Positions 24,577-37,125 of a stretch of 48,524 nt of DNA are shown in pieces. The notes under the pieces are model-generated. The model searched no databases. It had not been told where the DNA came from and worked only from the letters and a program-made list of their open reading frames with translations. The stretch lies in the NCBI RefSeq assembly GCF_001194135.2, contig NC_068983.1, forward strand, positions 160,953,939-161,002,462, given 5' to 3'. The stretch's first letter is position 1. Every line of letters starts with the position of its first letter. This stretch comes from Octopus bimaculoides (lineage: Eukaryota). The position numbers and the translations under genes are program-made.

Positions 24577-24720
24577 GCGACAGGGCCACGACCAGAGGTT
24601 GGTGTAACATTGGCTCCAAGTGAGGCGAATGAATGCATTGAGTTATAGTTTCTGATGTTCTGTCTAAAATTCATTCCTTCAATGTAGGTATCCTCCAAAA
24701 GTTGTTTTAATGGAAACCTT
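24577..24720 (-). pseudogene. Helitron Rep/helicase N-terminal fragment
   Basis: LKQLLEDTYIEGMNFRQNIRNYNSMHSFASLGANVTPTSGRGP matches the Helitron motif FRxNIRxYNSxxAFASxGA...GRGP (recalled family knowledge). Confidence 0.8.
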
Positions 24721-26120
24721 ACCGTTATGTCGAGGTCCAGACATTTCCTTAACAGCACTGCGACCCGCCTCCCATTCCGGGCCGACTAAGATATGCGTAG
24801 ATCTCATAATAGTCGAAAATAGGTGCAAGATCGCGTGTGTGGGAAATCTTGGTCTCACTGGCTGCTATCACATCCAAACCCAGCGACCTTAGGTCATTGA
24901 TCAAGCGACCTTGCTTCCAGGGTGACCCCAATCGCGAACATGTATGCAGCCCATTCTGACAATCGCCATGACAGCTCGAAAGGGTTGGGGAAAAGAAAAA
25001 AAGAGCAGGGTTATTTATCTTCCTTGAGCTATTGGCTGCCCGGTGATCCGGGCTCCAGATCTGGTCGTGATTCCTCAGAGAAACCGGCGAAAAGCTTCTT
25101 CGGGATAGAGACGTTTGGCCTTCCCACATCGTGCGGGAAATCCTTCTGAATCTCTTTCTAAACTTTGAGAGGTAGCCGAATTAGCGTAAACTCCACTCTC
25201 TCTCTCAATTTCCTTGTCTCTGGCTATGAGGGTCATCAAATCTTTGTTGGTTCTTCTCATGGGTACGTAATTGGGTGTTTCTGTATTGGTTGCTGTGAGC
25301 TTTCTTATAGGGGCTACGTGTGATTGTAAGTGCATTGGTGGATTTGGTTCAGATAGTGGTGGTTGTGGGGAGGGTGGTGCCGGTGTTGAATTTGCTGGGT
25401 CTATCTTCGATGTGCTTGGGATGGCTGTGTTTTCAGGTGCTGGTGTAGGTTCATCTGTTTTCTTTTTCATTTGTCTTTTACGTTTTTTTTTTTTTTTTTT
25501 TTTTGCTTTGTAAGGTACTTCCTCAGCTTCACTACGAGTTGAGTAGGGACTAGTGTCTGTAGGATCTGTGTCGGGGAATGTGGGGGTGTCTGTGATAGTG
25601 TGAGCGTGTGTGTGAGTGTATATTTGAGAGAGGGGTGAGGGGGCTGGTTTCACAGATACCCTGGGAAGTTTTCTCAATTGTATGGGGTTCACATGCCTCT
25701 TTTGTTGTTGGAGATGAGGCTGCACTTTTATTAAAAGTCCTCTGTTGTTGATTTTGTTCAGGGTGCGATGTAGGTTGCAGGTGTGATTGCGTACTTCCCA
25801 ACTTTTAGGGGCAGAAGGCTCTTAAGTGGCTTGTGGCCCCGCAGATGTCGCATCTGAGCTTCCTGTCTTCCATGACGACACGTAGTTCCACCCAGTTGAG
25901 CAGCTGGATCAGGTCCGGGATCTTCTCAATATTTATTAGTTTTACATGGATTAATACTTCCAAGTTGACCCCCGCACCAGTTTTCCCTGCTGCTCCTTTT
26001 TACTTCCAGGTGTGACTATGGGTCCTGCACCACACAGGCGGCAATCCACCAGACTTTTACGCCCGGTGGCACGTTATTTGTCGTAATTCTGGTTGTTCTC
26101 TTTAAACCAAATATATGGCA
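24721..26120 (-). mobile_element. L1/Tx1-clade LINE 5' part: ORF1 with CCHC zinc knuckle and the start of ORF2 APE endonuclease; 3' part missing
   Basis: rc of about 25808-25852 gives CDICGATSHLRAFC (C-X2-C-X4-H-X4-C). Low-complexity ORF1 tail is ORF 25075-25725. EN start GSPWKQGRLINDLRSLGLDVIAASETKI...GMGGG..VLLRKCLDL at about 24935-24725. Confidence 0.85.
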
Positions 26121-26221
26121 CTCTAGGCATAACACTAACATGAACTTCTAACTTGTCTCTTGAGGTCTCAGGATGAGACTTGAAGCCAACTTGTACAAAT
26201 GCAAAGCAAAAGTCAAACATA

Positions 26222-26307
26222 AGATGATGATAATAATAATAATAATAATAATAATGATAATAATAATACTACTACTACTAATAATAATAATAATAATAAT
26301 AATGATG

Positions 26308-26367
<60 letters not shown>
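26222..26367. repeat. (TAA)n microsatellite
   Basis: Direct reading. Confidence 0.95.
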
Positions 26368-26369
<2 letters not shown>

Positions 26370-26764
26370 TGAGAAAGAAAACAAACTATGCTGACAACAA
26401 GGTATGCAATAAGGAAGAAAGNNNNNNNNNNNNNNNNNNNNNNNNNNNNNNNNNNNNNNNNNNNNNNNNNNNNNNNNNNNNNNNNNNNNNNNNNNNNNNN
26501 NNNNNNNNNNNNNNNNNNNNNNNNNNNNNNNNNNNNNNNNNNNNNNNNNNNNNNNNNNNNNNNNNNNNNNNNNNNNNNNNNNNNNNNNNNNNNNNNNNNN
26601 NNNNNNNNNNNNNNNNNNNNNNNNNNNNNNNNNNNNNNNNNNNNNNGGAACCGCTCGAATATTCCGAAGGTGCTCGAAAAATAGGAGGTGTTACCTTAGT
26701 TCACTGGTAGTGAACAACTGACACTGTAGTACATCTCCAGCGTTAGAAGCTGTGCAAAGGCAAT
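26368..26764 (+). mobile_element. 3' end of an R4/Dong-like (restriction-like endonuclease) LINE, spanning gap 26422-26646
   Basis: IEKENKLC / ADNKVCNKEE before the gap (RLE-like, internally deleted); GTARIFR-KVLEK* after it, resembling the R4/Dong C-terminal LGTARILRKVL; embedded in (TAA)n. Confidence 0.65.
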
Positions 26765-26773
26765 ATTATTATA

Positions 26774-26826
<53 letters not shown>

Positions 26827-26839
26827 CATTATCATTACT

Positions 26840-26904
<65 letters not shown>
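26765..26904. repeat. (TTA)n joined head-to-head to (TAA)n, an imperfect palindrome
   Basis: Strand polarity of the triplet switches at about 26842. Confidence 0.9.
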
Positions 26905-28421
26905 GCGAAAAAATAGAAATGCATCCAATAATATGACATAATTTACATTGTGCATACTCTGCCTAATCTCCGTCCAGCACTAAAATGCATAACAATATAT
27001 GCGAAACAAACATCACCGAAGAATCTAACATGGTTCACAGAGCTCATATTTTATGAGTGATAGACTAAGTCTGACGTCTGGCATAACACCACCACAAAAC
27101 ACCTTGGTTGCTTTTAGCGGAGTTCGCTCCCTTGCAAGTATTGAGAATTTCTTTCTTCTTCCATTCAGAGTCGCAAAGGCCGTGTGAATGGTTCTGGTAA
27201 TGCCTTCTCTTCTGACAAAGTGATTTTAAGAAAATTCAAGATAACAAACACGTGAAACACTGAAGAAGTAACTCAATAGACAGCATAACAAACCCCACCA
27301 CAAAGCATAAAGAGTTGACACCCACAAGCACGATTCCATAATGCTGAAAGATAATCTTGTAAGCACATCTTCTGAGTGTGGGTCACGGTTCTCCTAGCGA
27401 AACAACTTCAACAGCAATATCAGCAACAACGAAAGCAACAAAACGCTTTAAATTTCTCTTCCATTCAATGAAGACAACACGGATTGCAGTGGATCCGGTT
27501 TTTAAAGCCAACGAGTGAAAGCATCATACATATTTCGGTATAATAGGACCTCCTCAGGGAAGCATTTTCTGTTTAGTTGGCAAAAACGAGAGTGATCAAT
27601 GTGCACAGAGTAAATGTAGTTAAGCTTAGGAGTCAATATCAACAATGTATATTTTACACACGCACATACACATGCGATCGCACGCACACACGCACGCACA
27701 CATACTCACACACACACTCACACTAAATAATAGCTTGTTGATAAATTTCGATTGAGTGATAGAATCAAACCGATTAGTAGATAAAATCTCCTTCTACAGG
27801 TGCTTAAAATATAAACAACAAACGAAGCGGGATAATGATAGGCTGTAGCTGATGCATATGTTTTAAAGGCAGTGGGGTGGAATCCGTTTTTAACAGAAGG
27901 TAGGGATAGAGAAACAGAAACACGCCTCCCAAAGGTAGAACGATAGACTTTAACATGGAATCTATTAATAATTTTATAAACATAAAAGAGAGAAGTTAAA
28001 CATAAAGGTGAAATATCGGAGTTAAGCAATGTTGCTATTGTTTATATTTTAAGAAAATGTTTTAATGTATTTCTTAGCCGAAAATATTGTCCAGAAGATA
28101 TTTTCAAGCTTAATTATTTACTTTCAGAGTCCTTTCAAAATTGTTTTTATCCTGTATGCTTGTAACCACTTGAATGCCAACCGATTCTACAGAAGCATGG
28201 CAAATTTACATTCTATTTCATTCAATATGAAAAAAAGAAAAATATGATCTCATTTTAAAGTAAAAGAAAATGCGGTTTCTTTTTGTTTTTTGTTTCTTTT
28301 TTTCCTTCTGTGTTACTGATAAAACCACTGGGATTCATATAACACAAGAAGAGTTAGTGAAAAAATATAAATAAATCAGACTCGAAATATCAAATTTACC
28401 ACTCAACGAAATAATGAATTA

Positions 28422-28812
28422 TGTTGTTGTTGGCACTCCGTCGCTTACGACGTCGAGGGTTCCAGTTGACCCGATCAACGGAACAGCCTGCTCGTGAAAT
28501 TAACGTGCAAGTGGCTGAGCACTCCACAGATACGTGTACCCTTAACGTAGTTCTCGGGGATATTCAGCGTGACACAGTGTGACAAGGCTGACCCTTTGAA
28601 TTACAGGCACAACAGAAACAGGAAGTAAGAGTGAGAGAAAGTTGTTGTGAAAGAGTACAGCAGGGTTCGCCACCATCCCCTGCCGGAGCCTCGTGGAGCT
28701 TTAGGTGTTTTCGCTCAATAAACACTCACAGCGCCCGATCTGGGAATCGAAACCGCGATCCTATGACCGCGAGTCCGCTGCCCTAACCACTGGGCCATTG
28801 CGCCTACACTAT
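28422..28812 (-). mobile_element. SINE family B, full length and young, with 14-bp TSD
   Basis: TSD gaaataatgaatta at 28408-28421 and 28813-28826; about 98% identical to 9545-9926 by manual count. Confidence 0.92.
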
Positions 28813-29906
28813 GAAATAATGAATTAACTGACAGTCGAAAAGAAGAAGAGAGCCGACTTCTGTCATCTAGGTATAATGCAAGTTGCATCGAAGAATAGTC
28901 GATTGTGTCGAACCTTATCAAATGCTCTTCTTTCATCGACTGTTAATTGATGAAAGTTTTTTTAAAAATGTACATTAGAAGTTACCTAAAAAAAATGATC
29001 TAGGATTTTCATCAGCTAATATGAAATGATACAAACTCATATTTTTCTCAAGTTGAAATGAAATATCTCTAGTTAGTTTTACATGCTGTTATTGTCATTC
29101 TTATTACTGTTACAGCTGCTGCTACTGCTGATGTTGTTGTTGCTGCTGCTCTACTACTACTACTGGTGCTGCTACTGGTATTCAGAAAAAAACTTAACCA
29201 GTCAATAAAAGAGCTGTTGCAGTTGGTAGCAAATAAAATGATTAAGGTGCATCTAAACTTGTTTGTTTCAATGTTTCCTATATTCATCACTAGCTATTAA
29301 TTTCAAGGGAAACCTCTAGCCTCTACGGCGACAGACAAGCTTGAATTCAGCTTTTCAGTATTACGAAGACTGATGTACAATTAATTGCCTTAAAGAGCTA
29401 AATTCCTTTACACTTCAGTTGGCTCTCCAACGAACTCCCGACGGAGAAGTATAGCTTTTTACAAGTTCCTTGCCAAATACCTCTGAAGAGCGCTCAACAA
29501 GAGTCTAAGAGGAGCCAGGTCTCCTCCTGCTGGAGCCTAAAGATTGTTACAAAATGAGATTTGTCTGCCAACATCGTGAAAACCTAAGATATTTCAGGCT
29601 AGAGATACATATGCGTTGTTTATGTGTGTGATTGTAACTGTGAGTATGCGAATAAAATAAAATATATATGTACGTAAATATCAGTGTCCGCGCGTGCCTT
29701 CAGAATTACTTGATTATTTTATGAGAATATATTTTCTAAACATTTTTGTTCTGCATTTTTACATTTTTTAGGACAAGTAGTTCTCAATAGCGACGGACAA
29801 CGTGTTTTTACATATTTTTTTTTTTGTTTGTTTGCTTGTTTCTTAATAACCTAAGTATAAAATATTAACAAGCTTTCTGTATATATACATACACACACAC
29901 ACGCAC

Positions 29907-29947
<41 letters not shown>

Positions 29948-30380
29948 CACACATGTACAAACACACATATATGTATATGTATGTATATATGAATGTATAC
30001 ACACACAAACACACACACACACACACACACACACATTTACACGGCGGTTTGTATTACTATCCAGTTATATGATGTTTTCGTTTATATTTTATTTTGAAAA
30101 GTTGCGGTTAATCAGTGCTCTCTGATAACGCAATATATACATACATACATACATATATNNNNNNNNNNNNNNNNNNNNNNNNNNNNNNNNNNNNNNNNNN
30201 NNNNNNNNNNNNNNNNNNNNNNNNNNNNNNNNNNNNNNNNNNNNNNNNNNNNNNNNNNNNNNNNNTATATACACTCATACACACACACATACATACATAC
30301 ATACATACATACATACATACATACATACATACGCACACACACACACACACACACACGCACACATACACACGCACACATAT

Positions 30381-30495
30381 TTTATCGTTTACTTATTTTA
30401 GTCATGCGGCCATGCTAGGACACCACATTAAAATGCTTTTGTCGAACAAACCCACCCAAGTCCATATTTCTTTTAAGACTGGTACTGATTCTATC
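30381..30495 (-). mobile_element. SINE family A 3' fragment
   Basis: gtcatgcggccatgctaggacacc...gtcgaacaaa...ggtactgattctatc matches 1075-1192. Confidence 0.7.
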
Positions 30496-30916
30496 ATTGT
30501 GTATGTGTGCTTGCATGTATATACGCGTGCGTACGTTTTACTCATACGTTTTACACCTGATCTTACATCCTGATACACACGCTCTCGCATACAATTATAT
30601 TTACGTAGACGTGTAAGCCTCCGCGTGGGAGGGATCGCGTGCGCTGATACATTCATATCTGTGCCTGTATACGTATACGTATGAAAATTTATACTTACAT
30701 ATACTGACATACACATTGCACTCTCACCTAAGTGGTTTATTCAACTTAATGTACTTTATGTGCATGCGTATGTGTATATGTATGTATACATACATATATG
30801 TATGAGTATGTATTTCTCATACGCTGTCATTTTTGTAGAGAGATTGTTAGTTTAAGTTGCTGGATAATGTATGAGTTACTTTTATTTCATTGCTTCAGAG
30901 AGTCGATGTATATAAG

Positions 30917-31075
30917 AGGCGGTGTGAAGCGTGGCTGTTTGGTACATGGTTCCAGCTACATGGTTCCGGGTTCAGTCCTACTGCATGGTTCCTTGGGCAA
31001 GTGTCTTCTACTACAGCCACGGGCCGACCAAGGCCTTGTGAGTCGATTTGGTAGATAGAAACTGAAAGACACCCG
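30917..31075 (+). mobile_element. SINE family A 5' half
   Basis: atggttccgggttcagtcc...ccttgggcaagtgtcttctacta...gggccgaccaaggccttgtgag...gaaactgaaag. Confidence 0.85.
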
Positions 31076-31083
31076 GTTTATTT

Positions 31084-31164
<81 letters not shown>

Positions 31165-31166
<2 letters not shown>

Positions 31167-31211
31167 GACGGGCTTCTTTCAGTTTCCGTCTACCCAATCC
31201 ACTCACAAGGC
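31165..31211 (-). mobile_element. SINE family A middle fragment, followed by a family C-like 3' tail on + (about 31250-31315)
   Basis: acgacgggcttctttcagtttccgtctacccaatccactcacaaggc. Confidence 0.75.
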
Positions 31212-31909
31212 TTCTTGAGGTTAATAAAGTAAATACACCTTGGATACTGAGGTCAATATAAACGACTTACCCCCACCCTTAAAATTGCCGGCCTTGTGAC
31301 AAAATTTGAAACCGTTAATCCAAAGTTGACTCTTTACTCCGAGGTGCACCCTAGCTGGACTATTCGTCAGTCGTGAACAGTTCAGCTAACGTTAAAACTT
31401 TGAGTAAACTGTCAACTTTGATATGATTTATATGCATGTACGCATGCATATGTAAATGATATATTTCATCCTTTAGTCAGGAGGAATTGTAGCACCTATG
31501 AACTTTGATACGACTTCCGAGACTGGTGGGCGAGGATTGAACCAGAAGTCTGGATAGAACGCTTGCAACTGACTGGACTTGGCGACATGCACCCAAGGAA
31601 GTGATGTTAAACTGGGTGATGGATTAAGACTACCGGTCAAGAAAACCATGCCTGGATTTATACTGAGAATGCAAAGAATCAAAATAAACACCACAAGGCA
31701 TTCTGTCCAGCGCTTTGCAATAGTACTTTTTTTTTTGTCGACCACACAAAGGTGAACGGTAGAGTTGACCTCGGTGAGATTTGAATATTCAGAAAAGCAG
31801 AGACGAAATAATGTAATCTACCCGACGTTTCAATGGTGGTGGTGGTGGTGGTGTGATACGTGTGAACACACACACACACCATACATACATACATACATAC
31901 ATACATACA

Positions 31910-31945
<36 letters not shown>

Positions 31946-32496
31946 TATACNNNNNNNNNNNNNNNNNNNNNNNNNNNNNNNNNNNNNNNNNNNNNNNNNN
32001 NNNNNNNNNNNNNNNNNNNNNNNNNNNNNNNNNNNNNNNNNNNNNNNNNNNNNNNNNNNNNNNNNNNNNNNNNNNNNNNNNNNNNNNNNNNNNNNNNNNN
32101 NNNNNNNNNNNNNNNNNNNNNNNNNNNNNNNNNNNNNNNNNNNNNNNNNNNNNNNNNNNNNNNNNNNNNNNNNNNNNNNNNNNNNNNNNNNNNNNNNNNN
32201 NNNNNNNNNNNNNNNNNNNNNNNNNNNNNNNNNNNNNNNNNNNNNNNNNNNNNNNNNNNNNNNNNNNNNNNNNNNNNNNNNNNNNNNNNNNNNNNNNNNN
32301 NNNNNNNNNNNNNNNNNNNNNNNNNNNNNNNNNNNNNNNNNNNNNNNNNNNNNNNNNNNNNNNNNNNNATATATATATATATATATATAACTTACGTGGA
32401 AACGGCGTTCGATCATATAATAATATAAATAATATATAATTATATGCATATATCCATAGATATATGTACATACCTACATCTATATGTATACATCCA

Positions 32497-32628
32497 TGCA
32501 TATATGGGTACAGGACATCACAAAAAACGTCAAACACAATGAGAAACGAAAACATAAAGACGAAAACAGAAAACGAACTTTTTCACGATCAACGTAAAAA
32601 ACAGAGAAACGAGACACGCAACATAAAA
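32497..32628 (+). repeat. Interspersed repeat family D (unclassified)
   Basis: atgcatatatgggtacaggacatca...cgaacttttt...aacataaa matches the reverse complement of 45240-45361. Confidence 0.7.
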
Positions 32629-32957
32629 TGCATGTATGTATACATATAGGTGTATGGATATATGCATATATTTATATATTATTTATATTATTATTATTAT
32701 TATTATTATTATTATNNNNNNNNNNNNNNNNNNNNNNNNNNNNNNNNNNNNNNNNNNNNNNNNNNNNNNNNNNNNNNNNNNNNNNNNNNNNNNNNNNNNN
32801 NNNNNNNNNNNNNNNNNNNNNNNNNNNNNNNNNNNNNNNNNNNNNNNNNNNNNNNNNNNNNNNNNNNNNNNNNNNNNNNNNNNNNNNNNNNNNNNNNNNN
32901 NNNNNNNNNNNNNNNNNNNNNNNNNNNNNNNNNNNNNNNNNNNNNNNNNNNNNNNNN

Positions 32958-33158
32958 TACTTCCTGACCCTATGATTCTGGGTTCAGTCCCACTACGTAA
33001 CACCTTGGGCAAATGCCTTTCACTATAATCCCGAGCCGACTAAGACTTTGTGAATGGATTTGTTTGACGGAAACTGGAAAAAGCTCATCGTATATATGTA
33101 CACATCTATTTGTGTGCGTCTTTGTGTATGTGTTTTTCACGCACACACGCACACACAT

Positions 33159-33201
<43 letters not shown>

Positions 33202-33370
33202 AACACAACACCGCTTGACAATCGGTGTTGGTTTGTTTATGTTCCCGTAACCTAGCGGTACGGCAAAGAGTCGGATAGAACAAGTACCAGGTTTTAAAAA
33301 GTAAGTACTGGGATCGATTTGTTCGACTAAACTCTTCAAAGTGGTACTCCAGCTTGGCCACAGTCTAATG
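32958..33370 (+). mobile_element. SINE family A, nearly complete with expanded internal (CA)n
   Basis: gggttcagtcccactacgtaacaccttgggcaa...gacggaaact...ccgcttgacaatcggtgttgg...gtactgggatcgatttgttcgact...ggccacagtc. Confidence 0.85.
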
Positions 33371-35779
33371 TGTACCCCCATTCAAAGTCAATGAACTAGA
33401 TTAAAGGTCAAATGAAGCAAATTACCATCAAGAGACACGCTGCTTTCAGCCAACTCAATTATTGCCTCAAAGGTCTTAGAAATCCTGGGGCAGAGCTTCT
33501 CATAAGTTTACCGTCTTCTTCGTTTCGCACTCAGTCTCTAAAACACTCAAATATGGGGTATAACACTCTGGCATCTTCTTGTAATAAGACCAAAGGCAAA
33601 TAATTGGACTATTAGATATTAAAAACGACGTAGTACATCAGTTTTAGTATTTTGGTTTCAGTGCTACAGATAAACTCCGCTTAAATGCAGAACTTAAGAA
33701 GCATACTGGCGATGCAGCTTCTACTCGAGATTTGATATGAGAGATCAAAGATCACTGTACGTCTACAGAGTATGGACTCTGCAATACCTGTATTATCGAC
33801 ATTTCAAAGAGTAATGAACAACATTCTCTCCACAAGAACATAAACTTATAACCGTTATATGTTTCATATGAAATATCTGCGCAAAATCCTTTATCAAATT
33901 CTAGGACAGGATCTACAGCTTTGGCGAACTTACCAGGAAGAACGTCCTTTCCGTGACCATTTTCCTTCCTTATAACTTCTGAATGGTTGTAGCCTTCGCA
34001 TGTGTAGAACAGAATATGCAGCCATCATTTGTGTATGTATGCGTGCATGTATCCACTGTACCCAACATATTGGGTTTTTAGTCAATAATGTTTGTACTAT
34101 GAAAATTATATTATGTTGTAAAGCGGTCTTTTACCACTTTTGTATCTGTCTTTTGACGATGGTTGTCGCGTTGATGATGGTCAAATTTTAAAACAGTTCT
34201 ATGATACCCTGGACTGTGTCGAGAGGCTCCTTGAATACAAGGAGCCTCTCGGACTGAACCCGGAACCATGTGGTTGCGAAGGAAACTTCTTACCACACAA
34301 CCTCTGTCTATGTCTGAAGATATACAATATCTATATATTTTTTACCTGCATATAGTTTTATATGAACCATAAAATAGCACAACAGCATCCTAATAACCTT
34401 TAACAAAGCTATATATGCAAATAATCTTGATCGGTCACAAGAAAATCCTAAACCAGCCCAAATCGCTACTTGAATATGAGACATCAGCCACAGGAATCAC
34501 TATACACGTTTCCTTATAACGACTCGCTATGCACACAGGCCCGAGTGAAAGTAATGATAAAATTTCCTTCTAAGATCAGAATGGCTGTATTCAACATGCT
34601 TTTCTATTGTTCCTCTCAACCCGCTTCCTATTCAACTACTTCTGCCCGTCATACTCACTTATACCACTCCTGAATTTCATATGTCTTGATCCAATCACCA
34701 AAGAAACACCCTACCAAAAACAGAATATGTAGGACTCGAACTAAACCGCAATCTGATGACGGCGAGTAAGCCGAAACTTCGAACTCACTATCAACATTTT
34801 TCGTGAAGAAATTTATGTGTGTGCATGTGTGTATGCGCACATATATGCATATACATATATAGTTACACACACACACAACATGTATACATAATACTATATA
34901 TATGGGTCACAGTATGTGTGTTTACTTGTTTGTGTGTGCGTAGGTTGTCATTCGATAGTGGATACCACGTCTGTAATGAGATGGATGTTGAATAGTCTGC
35001 TATACACCAATCAGGACCAGAATCCATATCAAATGGCAAAACAGACTGAAAGCTCGGCCCGACTCTGGCACTGAACTAGACTGATATGATACTTATAACC
35101 GAAGTGAAGTAATGGAAAGTAAAATGTTTGGCTTTGAAACATAACTAAAGACAACTGTAGATGTGTGCACGTTTTCTATCTTTGGCATAGTTTTAGGGCG
35201 TCCGCACTGTTTAATATATATTTATTTTATCGGCCTTGCGAAAATATAAATAAATGCTATCTCTTTAGGTAGTTTGAAATTCTTTTTAATTGTAGATCAT
35301 ACAATTGCCATCCACTATGACGTCTGATGATAGTAACCTTCATCAATCCCAACCGAGAAAGATCTCACAACTCCTCCCTAGAACTCACAATCCTGCTATG
35401 CTACACCAAGATCTTACACTTCATTTTACGAATATTTGGCGTTACACCAGATATTCGTAACATCAATAGCAACATTTCTCAAACTTAACCAAGATATCCA
35501 ATGCATATACAATACCACTAGCTCACCTTTTGCAAAAGCAGTGTTTAGCAAATTGGACTCTACGCACTTCAGTCTTTGTAAGATGAATGACAAAGTACTG
35601 TAAATTTGTTGTAGTATTGGATATGCTTTCCACGAACGATTTTGTACTTAACGTTGAAGTCGATTATAAGAAGTATTCATGTTTCAGAGCCACGCAAAAG
35701 TAGTGGCTCAACAATGGGAGCATGAAAGATATTGATGTAAAAGACTGTCTTAAATCAAATCTCTATAAACTATAAACTG

Positions 35780-35990
35780 ATTTCAAATTTTGGTACAAGA
35801 CCAGCAATTTCAGGGACTGGAGTAAGTTGATTACATCGATCGCAGTGTCCAACTGGTACTTATTTTATCGACGCTGAAAGCGTGAAAAGCAAAGTCAACC
35901 TCGATGGAATTTGAATTCAGAGCGTAAAGACGGGTGAAATGTCGCTAAGCATTTTGCCCGGCATGCTATCAATTCTGCCAGCTCGCCTTC
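35780..35990 (-). mobile_element. SINE family C, full length
   Basis: rc gaaggcgagctggcagaattgatagcatgccgggcaaaatgcttagcg...gaattcaaattcc. Confidence 0.85.
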
Positions 35991-37027
35991 AAGTATTGGC
36001 ACGTTACATCTTCCTTTTGTATCCAGGCTGCGTTCGTCAAGCTGGGGAACAAAACGGATATTGTAAGCGTACTAAGGGAGAGGATTTTCAGTTGGAAATT
36101 GTATTTTTCTGTTGCGGGTTCTTGGAAATGGTAAAGCAGAGAATACATTAGTTATTGCAATTGAAAATAAAAAGAGCTTCACATGAAATATATAAAGAAA
36201 CTGTAGAATTGTTTAGTACCATGGGAAGTCGTTTTCATCCTGCCTTTCAGTATATATAAAACAGTAGGTTGTAATATTATGTGATATAAGAGAATTTGGT
36301 TTCTATTTCTAGTAGGTTGAGGGAGAGCCTTGAGGCTCTCACTGAAATTGTGTGTAGTGAATACAGGAGTATTTCCTAAAGATGCCAGTGGCAATACTTC
36401 GTCTACAGAGACAAGAGAGAGAAAGAAACAAGAAGAGAAACAGATAGACAGGCACACAGAAAAATTGCGAGGTTGAAGACATGTAAGAAAGAGAAAAAAA
36501 CAAAGAAAGAAGGAAAATGAAGGAGAGAAGACACAAGGAGTGAAAAGCGAGTGAAAGAAGAGAAAGCTGGAGGAAATTCAATTACAAAATGAATATAGTG
36601 TTAGCTATAAAACTCAAACCATGAAGATAAGTTTTGACTTCAATTTAGATGTATGTTTAAACAGTCAATATGAAAGGGTAATTTGTTAAGTTTTATCTCT
36701 TAACAAATTGAGCTAAATGTAAGTTCGTGTTCTGTAAAATTTTGTGATTATCCTTAGATACCGCATGGTAGACACAACTGTCCGAAAAGCAGTAAAACTC
36801 TATGACTGACAAGTGGTTCGTTAATTGGCAGATGCGAGTTCGAATTCTCTTGTAGTTGTGAGGGAGGCGGCGGAAAATTACTCTGGTGTTATCTTTTGAT
36901 TCATACCTATCTATATACGTGTGTATACACATATTTCATTATAAGCACAGCGCACATACATATATGCAACTATGTATGTGTGTGTATACACACACACACA
37001 CACACACAAACAAATAATATATATAGA

Positions 37028-37071
<44 letters not shown>

Positions 37072-37077
37072 TGCGTG

Positions 37078-37125
37078 CCTTAGTGGTTAGGGCATTCGGC
37101 TAATGATCGTAAGGTCGTGAGTTCA
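37078..37125 (+). mobile_element. Isolated tRNA-like SINE head
   Basis: ccttagtggttagggcattcggctaatgatcgtaaggtcgtgagttca resembles the rc head of 46025-46316. Confidence 0.6.

Noticed and set aside
27169-27196. 28-nt exon-like segment with good acceptor and gtaatg donor (similar cases at 41766 and 42677-42809)
   Set aside because: Splice-like signals alone; no consistent gene model.
29480-29510. CTGAAGA-gcgctc-aacaa-gag hammerhead-like start; also CTGATGA at 35330 and 45218
   Set aside because: No correctly placed GAAA box.
31470-31680. Decayed coding-like stretch (DWWARIEPEVWIERLQL)
   Set aside because: Multiple stops, and I cannot assign it to a family.
33780-34020. Stop-free stretch on the minus strand (…GHGKDVLPGKFAKAVDPVLEFDKG…) with a cctg|gtaagt donor
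   Set aside because: No recognisable family, and alternative plus-strand readings are equally plausible.
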